59,001 bases of DNA, filler included, from 4 parts of 4 records of this genome joined end to end with filler, not necessarily neighbours in it, one strand, 5' to 3'; counted from the first letter of the whole stretch, positions 19,280 to 29,500 are shown. Notes: generated by a model not told the origin, from the letters alone. Numbers and translations: made by a program.

Positions 19280-20376
19280 GCGTATTCCTGTTCCAATGCG
19301 GCTTCGACTGCGTCGGCAATGGCTGATGTGCCATCCTTGCCGCCGATTTCATAGGGCGCAAGGCCAGCCTGGAAGGCGCGGTCGACGGCATCACGCAATT
19401 GGCGGCCGGCAGCAAGTGCGGCGGGGTTGGTGTAGCGGGTGCCCAGCCATTCGAGCATCATGGCGCCCGACAAGATGGCTGCGGTGGGGTTGGCCATGCC
19501 CTTGCCGGCGATATCGGGAGCCGAGCCATGGCTGGGCTGGAACACGGCATTGTTGATGCCGATATCGGCGGAGGGTGCAAAGCCCATGCCGCCCATCAGG
19601 CCCGCTCCCAGATCGGACAGGATGTCGCCGAACATGTTCTCGGTGACCATGACGTCAAAGGCCCATGGCTTCTTGATCATGTTGAGGGCGGTGGCGTCGA
19701 CATAGGCGTGTTCCACCGCGATGTCAGCGAAGCCGGCATGGCGTTCATCGAAGATCTTGCGGAAGAAGGCCAAGCTGGCAAACACATTGGCCTTGTCGAC
19801 GCAGGTCAGGCGACCCGGGGTACCGGTCTTCTTGCGCTCGCGGGTATAGGCAAAGGCGAAGTCGAACAATTGCTCGCAGATGGCGCGGGTAATCACCATG
19901 GTATCGCGGGCTTCGCGATCATCGATCACGACGCCTTCATTGCGCAGGGCGAACAGGCCTTCAACCGATTCGCGGATGAGCACGAAATCGATATCGGCGC
20001 CGCGTGCATCGCTGAGTGCACTGGGAATGCCGGGAATGGAGCGGATCGGCCGCACACCGGCAAAAAGCTGAAATTCGGTGCGCAGGTCAAGCTGGGGCGC
20101 GATTTCGGTACCGTCGGGATAGCGCAGTTCGGGCCAGCCCATGGCGCCCAGCAGGATAGCGTCGGCGCTGCGGCAGCTGTCCATGGTGGCATCGGGCAGG
20201 GCTTCGCCGGTCTTTTGATAGTGCAGGGCACCCGCATCGCAGTGTTTGAAGCCGAGCGTGAAGCTGTCCGAGCGCGATGCCAGTTGTTCAAGGAGCCGGA
20301 CGGTCGGCGCGATAACCTCGACACCAATCCCGTCGCCGGGGAGAACTGCAATCTCGAAATGTGTCTTGGTCGTCAT
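19276..20376 (-). CDS. Isocitrate/isopropylmalate/tartrate dehydrogenase-family enzyme (atypical)
   Basis: PGDGIG, VDKANV, NMFGDILSD and HGSAPDIAG; RESVEGLF has Phe where the family has a catalytic Tyr; start ATG 20376. Confidence 0.9.
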   Translation of the reverse strand: MTTKTHFEIAVLPGDGIGVEVIAPTVRLLEQLASRSDSFTLGFKHCDAGALHYQKTGEALPDATMDSCRSADAILLGAMGWPELRYPDGTEIAPQLDLRTEFQLFAGVRPIRSIPGIPSALSDARGADIDFVLIRESVEGLFALRNEGVVIDDREARDTMVITRAICEQLFDFAFAYTRERKKTGTPGRLTCVDKANVFASLAFFRKIFDERHAGFADIAVEHAYVDATALNMIKKPWAFDVMVTENMFGDILSDLGAGLMGGMGFAPSADIGINNAVFQPSHGSAPDIAGKGMANPTAAILSGAMMLEWLGTRYTNPAALAAGRQLRDAVDRAFQAGLAPYEIGGKDGTSAIADAVEAALEQEYA

Positions 20377-21374
20377 GTTCTGTCCAACGCTGAAAGAAGG
20401 GGGCCGATGTCGTCCCCGTAATGAATCGGCGGCAGTCCCCTGACGGGCGTGTCTGTCGCGATGATGCGGTCGCCCAGAAGGCAACCAAGGAAAGCGGTGC
20501 GCATGTCCGGGCCGCCAAAGGCGAGCGAGGAAATGTTGCGCAGGGTTCTGGCGGGTGAGCCGTCCAGGTGTGGACGCGCCATGCGGTGGTTCTGGAAGGC
20601 GTCCTCAACCGTGGCGAGGTGCTCGGGGTCGCTCTCCTCGAGCATGCGCTCGACGCCCTCTGGTGCGACCCGGATAACGCGATTGGAGACGATGCTGGTG
20701 ATCCACAGCCCGCCGGTTTGATCGAGGACCAGACCATCGGGGAAGTCACCGGGGCCCAGCTGCGCCATGGTCTGCGGATCAGAGAGGGTGGCATCGGCCC
20801 CTACTGCAAAACGGGTGACGCGGCGGGCGAAGGTCTCGTTTACATAGGCAAAGGCGCCATCAGCCGAGAAAGCCAGCTCATTGGTATAGCCCAGGCCATC
20901 GGCAACAATGCGGGCAGCCCCATTCTCGATGACCGCGATAAAGCCGGTATTGGCGTCGGGGCGATAGTCATCGGCGCGCGGCACCTTGCGCGTGGAAACA
21001 GTGAACCAGATGCGGTCGGCGCGGTCGCGAATGACGAAATTGGCGGGGGGCAGGGGCACGCCATCGATGTGGGTGCATAGCGCTTCGCTGCTGCCATCGG
21101 GGAACAGGCGGAATATGCCGCCGGTCTCGGCGCCCAGATGGGCCACCAGAAAGCTGCCGCCGGGTTCGAGCGCAATGCCGTTGGGACGCAGCTCGATTGG
21201 ACTATCGGCGAATTGCACGCGACGCACGCTATCGTCAGCATCGACAATGGCCACACCACCGGCACCCTGCCAGTCCGAACAGAACAGTAGCCCTGACTGG
21301 TGGCTCAGCACGCATTCAGGCCGGACCAGGCCGGTTCCATATGTACGGGTTATGTTGAGGCGACCAGTGAGCAC
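20373..21374 (-). CDS. SMP-30/gluconolactonase-family protein
   Basis: RPECV, PNGIAL, YTNELAFS, YVNET, FPDGL and SSLAFGGPD beta-propeller motifs. Confidence 0.88.
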   Translation of the reverse strand: MLTGRLNITRTYGTGLVRPECVLSHQSGLLFCSDWQGAGGVAIVDADDSVRRVQFADSPIELRPNGIALEPGGSFLVAHLGAETGGIFRLFPDGSSEALCTHIDGVPLPPANFVIRDRADRIWFTVSTRKVPRADDYRPDANTGFIAVIENGAARIVADGLGYTNELAFSADGAFAYVNETFARRVTRFAVGADATLSDPQTMAQLGPGDFPDGLVLDQTGGLWITSIVSNRVIRVAPEGVERMLEESDPEHLATVEDAFQNHRMARPHLDGSPARTLRNISSLAFGGPDMRTAFLGCLLGDRIIATDTPVRGLPPIHYGDDIGPLLSALDRT

Positions 21375-21398
21375 GATTAGTCCCGAATTGCGGTTTCA

Positions 21399-21414
21399 AT
21401 AACGTATGCATAAA
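21399..21414. promoter_or_regulatory. Degenerate operator (copy 3) upstream of the lactonase operon
   Basis: ATAACGTATGCATAAA, 13/16 identical to copy 2. Confidence 0.5.
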
Positions 21415-21551
21415 CACAAAGGCAGGGGCGTGCAAGCTGAACATTTTTGTAGGAGTTTGGCGCTGGTGGGGCGCGTTCCGCTAGAAAATATCGATAAATT
21501 ACAAGTATTTATGCTGTCTTTGCGGCCGTAAGCGTTTATATGACAACTGTC

Positions 21552-21581
21552 TTGACGTGCACAATAATGAATGCATTAATG
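21552..21581 (+). promoter_or_regulatory. Promoter with operator (copy 2) upstream of the ABC transporter
   Basis: TTGACG-N17-ATTAAT enclosing ATAATGAATGCATTAA; 21557-21581 matches 14228-14252 at 22/25 positions. Confidence 0.7.
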
Positions 21582-21670
21582 CGGCATGTTGGCCTGTGAG
21601 GCTGCGTGGGGTCGAATGTGACCCGCCGCCCGCCACATGGCAAAAATGCCAATTCTGAGGGAGGAAACCA

Positions 21671-23008
21671 ATGTTTGATTTTACCAGTGGCAAGCCTGCG
21701 AAGGGACGCAGTCTGCAGCGCCTCAAGCTTGCCTTGATGTCGTCGGCCCTGCTGGGTCTGGCGGCAAGTTCTGCCGCCACGGCACAGAATATCTCGTTCT
21801 GGACACAGCCGCAGGGCGAACTGCTCGGCTACCAGGATCTGTTTGGCGAATTCGCCAATGAGTTCAAGGCTGAATCCGGTGTTGATGTCTCGGTCGAGGT
21901 CATCAACTGGGGCGTGGCCTTCAATACCTGGCTGACCGTTGCCCAGGGCGGCGCGGCACCTGACTGCGCCGATATGTACTGGCTGCACTCCTATTCGGGT
22001 ATCGGTGGCGACAAGTACGGTCCGATGCCGATCAATGAATACCGCGATCAGTGGCCAAATCTGGAAGATGAATTCTATCCGGGCAGCCTGCAGGATGTGC
22101 AGTGGGCCGGCGATTTCTACGGTATTCCGTGGCGCGTCGATATCCGGCCCCAGATGTACAATACCGAGATGTTTGCCGAAGCTGGTCTGAGCGCAGCGCC
22201 AGACACCTGGGCTGAAATCGTCGAGATGGCCAAGGCACTGACGGTGCGCGACGACAATGGCAATGTAACCCGCTGGGGTTTCTCGGCTGGTCCGAACAAC
22301 CCAGCCCAGACCCTGTTGCCCTATTACTGGCAGGCTGGTGGCGCGATTCTGAGCGAAGACGGCACCCAGGCCAATATCGATAATGAAGCGATGCGCACGG
22401 CGCTGAAGTTCCTGCAGGACTTGGTCTGGGAACACGAAGTGATGTCGCCGGAATCCTTCGAGAAGGGCGTCGATCCTCTGGACGGCTTTGCATCGGGCAC
22501 GGTAGCCATGGTTGGCAGCACCCCGATCGCCTGGGCTTCGCAGATGGAGCGGGAATATCCCGAGCTCGATGGCAAGTGGGCGATGGCGATCAATGCCATG
22601 GGTCCGGTCAATCGCGACTCCTATAGTGGCGCCGGTTACTGGGGCGTGCTGCGTGGCACCGAGAATGTCGACGCCTGCGTGGACTGGATCAAGTTCCTGT
22701 CACGCGAAGAAAACATGCAGCGTCTGAGCGAATTCAGCGGTGCAGCCAGCCCGCGCCGTGCGGTGATGTCATCGGCATCGTGGTCCGACAGCCAGTGGAA
22801 GGTTGCTGCAGCCGAAACGCTCGACTATGGCCACACTTCCCAGCATGCGACCTCGGTGTGGGGCGCGCTCGCCTCTCCAGAGCCCGGCGCTGTGATCTAT
22901 GATCTGGTGTATTCCACCGTGATCGTGCGCGAAGATATCGACGCTGCTGTCGAACAGGCTCAGGCTCGGCTGCAGGAAGAACTCGATCGGGCCAATCGCC
23001 CACAGTGA
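21671..23008 (+). CDS. Carbohydrate ABC transporter substrate-binding protein (CUT1)
   Basis: Signal peptide (…SAATA-Q); YGIPW, YNTEMFAEAGL and PDTWAE; GAGGA RBS. Confidence 0.9.
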   Translation: MFDFTSGKPAKGRSLQRLKLALMSSALLGLAASSAATAQNISFWTQPQGELLGYQDLFGEFANEFKAESGVDVSVEVINWGVAFNTWLTVAQGGAAPDCADMYWLHSYSGIGGDKYGPMPINEYRDQWPNLEDEFYPGSLQDVQWAGDFYGIPWRVDIRPQMYNTEMFAEAGLSAAPDTWAEIVEMAKALTVRDDNGNVTRWGFSAGPNNPAQTLLPYYWQAGGAILSEDGTQANIDNEAMRTALKFLQDLVWEHEVMSPESFEKGVDPLDGFASGTVAMVGSTPIAWASQMEREYPELDGKWAMAINAMGPVNRDSYSGAGYWGVLRGTENVDACVDWIKFLSREENMQRLSEFSGAASPRRAVMSSASWSDSQWKVAAAETLDYGHTSQHATSVWGALASPEPGAVIYDLVYSTVIVREDIDAAVEQAQARLQEELDRANRPQ

Positions 23009-23016
23009 TCCTCCCA

Positions 23017-23045
23017 GGGCTGGCGCGGTCATGCCGCGCCAGCCC
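23017..23045 (+). other. Intercistronic stem-loop after the SBP gene
   Basis: Perfect 12-bp stem GGGCTGGCGCGG / CCGCGCCAGCCC; typical stabiliser or attenuator of SBP mRNA. Confidence 0.65.
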
Positions 23046-23077
23046 ATTTGACTGACACGAAGTGACGGATCGCGCTG

Positions 23078-23977
23078 ATGAATCGCCAGAAACTCGTCTT
23101 TTGCTACCTCATGGTGACCCCGGCGCTGCTGCTGACGGCGGTCCTTGGCATCTATCCCATGGTCTTCTCGCTCTGGATGGGCTTTGTCGAATACGACCTG
23201 CTGCGCATCCAGGACTTCGGGACCCCCTTTGTCGGTCTCGACAATTACATTCATGTGTTTTCCGATCCCAAATTCGTGCAGACGGTGGTCAATACCGTGC
23301 TGTTCACCGGCATTGCCGCCGGCGGGGTGGTGGTGATCGGCCTGCTGGTATCGCAGGTGCTCAATGCCGAGTTCCGGGGACGAACCGCGTTGCGCATGCT
23401 GTTCTGCGTGCCCTGGTTTGTGCCGCCCGCGGTGGCGTCGGCGATCTGGATGTGGCTGCTCAATACTGAACGCAGCCCGATCAATTTCCTGCTTCAGGAC
23501 ATGGGCCTGACCACGGGCAACATCAAATTCCTGACCGATCCAACGGCCTGGGGGCCGTTCAGCATTCCCATGCTGGCGATTTCAGCGGTGCGTATCTGGA
23601 ACGGTCTGCCATTCGCGATCATCTTTCTGCTGGCCGCGCTGCAGTCGATCCCCAAGAGCCTGTATGAAGCCGCCGAAATGGATGGCGCCACGCTGCTGCA
23701 ACGCTTCTGGTTCGTGACGCTGCCCATGTTGCGTCCGGTGCTGGTGATCCTGATCACGCTGCTGGTGATCGGTGGGCTGGGATCGTTTGAAATCAACTAC
23801 ATCATGACCGGTGGCGGGCCGCAGAACCTGACCAACATCATGGCGGTCTATTCCTATCAGCAGGGCTTCTCGTTCTTCCGCTTCGACCTGGCGTCGGCGG
23901 CGAGCGGGGTGATCCTGATCCTGACCGGGTTTGTCTGCGTGTTCTACATCCGCGAACAGGTCAAGAGAGCTCAATAA
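23078..23977 (+). CDS. Carbohydrate ABC transporter permease
   Basis: FVGLDNY and the EAA loop LYEAAEMDGA; TGGGP. Confidence 0.92.
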   Translation: MNRQKLVFCYLMVTPALLLTAVLGIYPMVFSLWMGFVEYDLLRIQDFGTPFVGLDNYIHVFSDPKFVQTVVNTVLFTGIAAGGVVVIGLLVSQVLNAEFRGRTALRMLFCVPWFVPPAVASAIWMWLLNTERSPINFLLQDMGLTTGNIKFLTDPTAWGPFSIPMLAISAVRIWNGLPFAIIFLLAALQSIPKSLYEAAEMDGATLLQRFWFVTLPMLRPVLVILITLLVIGGLGSFEINYIMTGGGPQNLTNIMAVYSYQQGFSFFRFDLASAASGVILILTGFVCVFYIREQVKRAQ

Positions 23978-24861
23978 TGACCGCTGCCATCGTCGACCTT
24001 CGCCGCCGTATCAGCAATATGGCCCCATCGGATCTGCTCACGCGCTTCGTTGTGCTGGTCATCTCGACCGCTGTGCTGATCTATGTGCTGATGCCCGTGT
24101 TCTGGATGCTCAAGAGCTCGTTCCAGACCACGGCGGAAATCCGCGCCATGCCGCCCGTATGGTTGCCCAGCGCGCCGTCCTTTGACCCCTATGTGACAGC
24201 CAACAAGCTGATCCCGGTCTGGCGCTATCTGGCCAATTCGCTGTTCGTGTCGGTCACCGCTGCGGTGATCTCCACGGCGATAGCAGCGTCAGCGGCCTAT
24301 GTGCTGGCGCGGTTCCGGTTTCCCGGCGCTACGCTCATTCTGGTGCTGATCCTGCTGACCAATCTGATCCCGCAGATCACCCGCGTGTTTCCGATCTATT
24401 TCTTCATTCAGGATCTCAAGCTGATCAACACCTATGCCGGGCTCATTCTGGCCTATGTCAGCTTCTCGGTGCCCTTTGCGGTGTTGCTGTTGCGCGGCTA
24501 TTTTGAAACCAGCGCGCCGCCAGAACTGGAAGAAGCGGCCATGATCGACGGGTGCAGCCATTTCTCGGCATTCTGGCGCGTGATCATTCCGGTGTCGCTG
24601 CCCGGTATTGCCGCGGTTGCCATCTTCACCTTCCTTAATGCCTGGAACGACTTTTTGTGGGCCAGCCTGCTGCTCAGCGATGGTGCGCTCAAGACCATTC
24701 AGGTGGGTATTGGCGACTTTGCCTCTGAAGGCGGCGGTGTGCAGTACATGAACGCGTTCATGGCCGCCTGTGTGGTGACCACAATTCCAGCGCTGATCCT
24801 GTTTGTGTTGATGCAACGCTGGCTGGTCGGCGGGCTGACCGCCGGTTCGGTAAAGAGCTGA
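23977..24861 (+). CDS. Carbohydrate ABC transporter permease
   Basis: [12 protein letters not shown] loop, AWNDFLW and GLTAGSVK. Confidence 0.92.
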   Translation: MTAAIVDLRRRISNMAPSDLLTRFVVLVISTAVLIYVLMPVFWMLKSSFQTTAEIRAMPPVWLPSAPSFDPYVTANKLIPVWRYLANSLFVSVTAAVISTAIAASAAYVLARFRFPGATLILVLILLTNLIPQITRVFPIYFFIQDLKLINTYAGLILAYVSFSVPFAVLLLRGYFETSAPPELEEAAMIDGCSHFSAFWRVIIPVSLPGIAAVAIFTFLNAWNDFLWASLLLSDGALKTIQVGIGDFASEGGGVQYMNAFMAACVVTTIPALILFVLMQRWLVGGLTAGSVKS

Positions 24862-24922
24862 CGCCTTTTTGGGCAATGGACTGACGAAGCAACCGTTGAG
24901 GCGGTTGAACAAGGAACTGAAA

Positions 24923-25165
24923 ATGGCTGCGATTGAAATCCGCGACGTCAAGAAATCCTATGGATCCGCGCAGGTTCTGCACGGTGTCTCCATCGATATT
25001 GCTGACGGCGAGTTCGTCATTCTGGTGGGCCCTTCAGGTTGCGGCAAGTCGACCCTGCTGCGCATGGTGGCCGGGCTTGAGAGCATTACCGGCGGCGAAG
25101 TTGCGATCGATGACAAGGTGGTCAACGATCTGCCGCCCAAGCAGCGCGACATCGCCATGGTGTTC
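24923..25165 (+). CDS. Sugar ABC ATPase (MalK/UgpC type), truncated by contig end
   Basis: [18 protein letters not shown] Walker A and RDIAMVF. Confidence 0.92.
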
Positions 25166-25265
25166 NNNNNNNNNNNNNNNNNNNNNNNNNNNNNNNNNNN
25201 NNNNNNNNNTTAATTAATTAANNNNNNNNNNNNNNNNNNNNNNNNNNNNNNNNNNNNNNNNNNNN
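25166..25265. other. Artificial contig spacer
   Basis: 44 N + TTAATTAATTAA (stops in all six frames) + 44 N. Confidence 0.98.
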
Positions 25266-25299
25266 GTTTTTGCAGCCGCAAAACGACAAGGAGAACATC

Positions 25300-25572
25300 A
25301 TGAGAAGACATCCGACATCACGTGCAGCGAACCAGCCCACGACCAATCGTCAGGCTCCGATCAAGCGCCCGGAGAAGCTGCCGCTGCTGGATGCAATCTG
25401 CAAGAAACTCAATCAGCGAGTCAATCTGGATGACGAGCAGCGGGTGCTGGGTCTGTATGAGCGGGGCTGGATTTTCAAAGGCGTACTCAGCAATCTGGAC
25501 GGCGCCGAAGCCCGATATGTCCGGGCTCTTGCGACCCGCTACAACTCCTGGATTGCCCGCCAGGTAGCCTGA
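25300..25572 (+). CDS. Small hypothetical protein (LYERGW motif)
   Basis: AAGGAG RBS before ATG 25300; 90 aa with plausible codon usage. Confidence 0.7.
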   Translation: MRRHPTSRAANQPTTNRQAPIKRPEKLPLLDAICKKLNQRVNLDDEQRVLGLYERGWIFKGVLSNLDGAEARYVRALATRYNSWIARQVA

Positions 25573-25606
25573 TCAGACGTGCCGCCAAAGCCGCAGGCTG
25601 AACCGG

Positions 25607-26020
25607 TCAATGATGCCGGTTCAGCCCATCCATCATCGACAGATCACCGCCATGGACCATGGCGTAGTTGTTCACCACATCGTAAATCTTTTCCTGGGAG
25701 TAGGGCTTCACCACATAGCCATTCGCGCCGGCACTGATGGCACGTTGAATACTCTCGATAGAATCGTCTGCGGTGACCAGCACAATATGCTGGTTCTCCC
25801 GAACCTGTTTGAAACGGGTCATCAGTTCGTGACCGTTACCATCCGGCAGTCCCAGATCCAGCAGAATGATCTGGAACTCACTGGCCTCGAACGCCGCCCT
25901 GGCAGAGGCAGCATCTGCACATTCAGACACGCTGGTAGCACCGGCTTTGTAAAGCATGTCGACCAGACGCTCCCGCATCACCGGCTCATCTTCGACCACC
26001 AGTACTCTGAGATCACTCAT
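25607..26020 (-). CDS. Single-domain response regulator (CheY-like)
   Basis: VVEDE, LLDLGLPDGNG (phospho-Asp), VTA and VKPY; no output domain. Confidence 0.92.
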   Translation of the reverse strand: MSDLRVLVVEDEPVMRERLVDMLYKAGATSVSECADAASARAAFEASEFQIILLDLGLPDGNGHELMTRFKQVRENQHIVLVTADDSIESIQRAISAGANGYVVKPYSQEKIYDVVNNYAMVHGGDLSMMDGLNRHH

Positions 26021-26046
26021 TACACTCTCCTGTTCTGTGCCCTGGC

Positions 26047-26592
26047 TCAGTAGGTATCGTTGCCGGTTCGGCGCGGCAAGTCCAGAGGTGCGGGCCCGGG
26101 GCGGACATCAACCGGTTCATCACCGGCGGGCCCGCCATGGTCACCGACGGACGGTGGCGCGGTCACCCGGGTGAGAATATTGGCAATGCTGACTGCCGTT
26201 GTATAGAGGGAAATGGAGACAATCAGCAGTACCGGCTGCACAAAGGCCACAAAGCCCGGAATCTCCGCGTTCCCGGTCATACTCAGGATCAGGATGATGG
26301 CCGGCCCAAGGACCACGAACAGCGTCACGGCAATAAAAAACACAATCCGCTCTTTGTAGCGCCCCAGATCGCGATTGGTCACCAACCCCAGCACAAACTT
26401 GCCGATAGCCAGGCCGGCCAGAATCGCCGCAGCAATACTCAGGTCGGGCCGCATCAGGGACTGGTACAGGTTGCCATCCCAGAGCCGCTGCATGGCAATG
26501 ACAAGAAACGGAAACAGTACGAACAGTATGTCGGCGTATGTGCCATACATCATGCTCAGGGAATAATGTTCCTGTTTTTGGTTATCGCTCAT
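26047..26592 (-). CDS. Four-TM membrane protein of unknown function
   Basis: Four hydrophobic segments; start overlaps the kinase stop by 11 nt; AAGGA RBS. Confidence 0.75.
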   Translation of the reverse strand: MSDNQKQEHYSLSMMYGTYADILFVLFPFLVIAMQRLWDGNLYQSLMRPDLSIAAAILAGLAIGKFVLGLVTNRDLGRYKERIVFFIAVTLFVVLGPAIILILSMTGNAEIPGFVAFVQPVLLIVSISLYTTAVSIANILTRVTAPPSVGDHGGPAGDEPVDVRPGPAPLDLPRRTGNDTY

Positions 26593-29500
26593 TGGCCTGT
26601 TCCTTTGTGGTTTTCGACGACCTCTGGTGACCCTCAAGGGCCCGGTCAATCATGGCGTTCAGGATGGTCAGTTCCTGTCGAATCATCCCCCTCTCTCCGG
26701 GGCTTGAGCGTACAGATCGCTCAAGTATCCCTGCCTGTTCTGTCATCAACGGATAGCCCATGGCCCCGGCGGTGCCCTTGATCTGATGGCTCTCAGACTG
26801 CAATTGCTGCAACTGTCCCTGGGCCAGCGCGGCTTCCATGCGCCGCTTTCGCTCGGCCAGGCTATCGAGGAAACGGTTCACCAGCGGACCAATGTCATCG
26901 TCAACCGCCTCGCCGACCCATTGTTCCACCGGCAGATAGCGATCCAGCAGGGCCTGCAGGTGGGCATGGTCAATGGGCTTGTTCAGCACCCCGTCGCACC
27001 CGGCCTCCAGCAAGGCTTCATTCTCTGCCTGATCACCGGCGGTAAAGGCAATGATCGGCCTCCGGAAGCCCGCCTGGCGCAAAAGCCGGGTGGCCGCAAC
27101 GCCGTCCATGCCGGGCATGTGGCGATCCATAAGCACCAGTTTCACGGTTTCCGACAGGGCCCGGCGAACCGCCTCTTCCCCGTTGGTCACCAGCAAGGGC
27201 TCGGCGCCGGTGCGGCGGAGCATCCGCTCCACCAGCCCACGGTTATCATCGTTGTCTTCGGCCACCAGCACCTTGCCGCTGTATCGGTGACCGGAACCCA
27301 CCGCCGTTTCCGCCGACAACGCCAGGTAACGGGCCAGCACCTCGTAAAAGCGCTGCTTGTCGATGGGTTTGGCCAGGTGATCATTGCATCCCGCCAGACG
27401 ATATTCAGCGATATCCTCGGCCATGACATTGGCCGTAAGCGCAACCACCGGGGTGTTAACACCTGCTTCCCGCAACGCCAGGGTGGCATCCCGGCCATTC
27501 ATCACCGGCATCTGGATGTCCATCAGAATCAGATCGAAGTGCTCGCGGGTGGCGCGCTCCAGGGCTTCCGCGCCATTACTGACATGCACCAGCTCGGCAC
27601 CGGTGCGCCCCACCAGCAACGACACCAGCCGGCGGTTTACATCGTTATCCTCGGCACAGAGGATGCGGCCCGACAACCGGGGCGCCATGACCATGGCAAT
27701 GGCCCGGCGCCGTTGGCTGAATTCCGAGGCATCCCGCAGGAAATGAACCTGCGCGAGTTCACCGGTGCTGATGCACACTTCAAATTCACTGCCTTCACCA
27801 TAGGTGCTGGACACCCGGATATCGCCGCCCAGCAGTTCCGCCAGCCTCCGGGATATACTGAGGCCGAGCCCCGTGCCGCCATACTGGCGGGAAATTGCGG
27901 TGCTGCCCTGGGCAAAGGGGTCAAACAGACGGTCCAGCTGTTCCGGCTTCATGCCAATCCCGGTATCCACCACCCGGGCGTAAAGCTTCTCGGCGTCCCG
28001 ATCACAGCGAATAATCAGGGAGATAGACCCATTTTCCGTGAACTTCAGGGCATTTCCGCACAAATTAATGATAATTTGTCGGTAACGGGTTGGATCGGTC
28101 CGGATCTTCTCGGGCAGGGGATAATCGCAGATGATACTGAAATCCAGGCCCTTTTCCCGGGCCCGGGGGGCGAAGAAGGCACGGATTTCATCCAGCAACT
28201 CCGGCAGATTGACCGGCACCACATCAACATCCAGCTTGTTGGCGTCGATCTTTGAGTGGTCGAGGATATCGTTCACCAGCTCCAGCAGGTGACGCCCGCT
28301 GCGAACCACCGTTTCAGCACTGCTGCGTTTCTCGGTTTCGTTCAGATCCGGGTCCAACAGGGTTTCGCCATAGCCGATGATTGCCGCCAGCGGGGTCCGG
28401 ATTTCATGACTCATATTGGCCAGGAACTGGCTCTTGGCCTGAGCGGAATTCCGGGCCAGCTCTTTTTCCAGCCGCTCCTGCTCCCGCTCCCGCTCGATCT
28501 GCAGGCGCTGATGGCTCTCAGTGGCGTCAATACAGGTGCCTTCGAGATGCATGGGCAGGCCCTCGGCATCATACACCGTGTGCAGGGAGATAGTGGCCCA
28601 GCGTTCCTCGCCCTGACGGGTCAGGTAACGAGCTTCAATACCCTTCACCGTACCCCGGGCCTCCAGTTGCTCGACCACCAGGCGCCGCAACCGCTCATCG
28701 GCAATGCAGGTTTCCAGCACATCCGGGTTTCGCGCCAGCAGCTCACGGCTGCTGCTGTAGCCCAGCAACTCGGCCATGGCCGGGTTGGCGGTTACAAACC
28801 GCCGTTCCGGTGACATCTGGAACACGCCCTCAATGGCGTTATCAAACAGTGACTGGTAACGCCTCAGGTTCGCCAGAGCGCGCTGGTTCCAGGCCAGGGC
28901 CTCGCCCTGAACCTGCTTGATTCGGTCAGCCAGGGCAAAGGAAAACAGGATGATCTGGGCCGTCAGGCCGAACTGTGGCGAATAGCTGGTAAAGGTATTC
29001 AGCGGCAGGTAACCCATCACCGTCAGCGCATAGATACCAAACCCGATCAGGGCCAGGGTCCAGGCAAAGAAATAAGAGCGTGCTGCCGGGTTGTAATAGC
29101 GCCAGGACAGATAACTGACCACAATCAGAATGATACTGAGCAGAATCGAGCCGACCACAATCCATTCCATGGCCACCGAATAGGGCATGAAAAACGACAA
29201 ACCAAAGGTGGTGACGACAGAAGTCAGACATAACCGGAGTACATGATCCAGATCGGGCGAGCGTTGCCGGGTTTCCAGCAGCGAACGGGCCATTAACAGG
29301 CCAAAGAACCAGGTCAGAATAATCTGGAAATGGAGGTATTCCTTGTTGAGCAAGGCTGGCCGGCTATCCAGCAACTGAACCCCGTGCACCTGTTCGGTAC
29401 CGATGAATACCGCCGCACATACCAGGTAGAGCACGTAGTAGATGTTGCTGCGCTCCCGCACCGACACCGCCACAAACAGGTTGTAAGCCAGGATAGCCAG

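Noticed and set aside
19276-20376. Calling this gene leuB (leucine biosynthesis)
   Set aside because: Catabolic sugar-acid context, no leuC/leuD nearby and a Tyr-to-Phe change at the catalytic site
25210-25221. TTAATTAATTAA palindrome, also at 39526 and 51195
   Set aside because: Embedded in N runs of identical length; it is an artificial all-frame-stop spacer, not biology
26786-28255. 489-aa ORF antisense to the hybrid kinase (similarly 54615-55931, 13904-15181, 5833-7023 and 19399-20421)
   Set aside because: Shadow ORFs opposite well-supported genes in high-GC DNA, with no recognisable motifs
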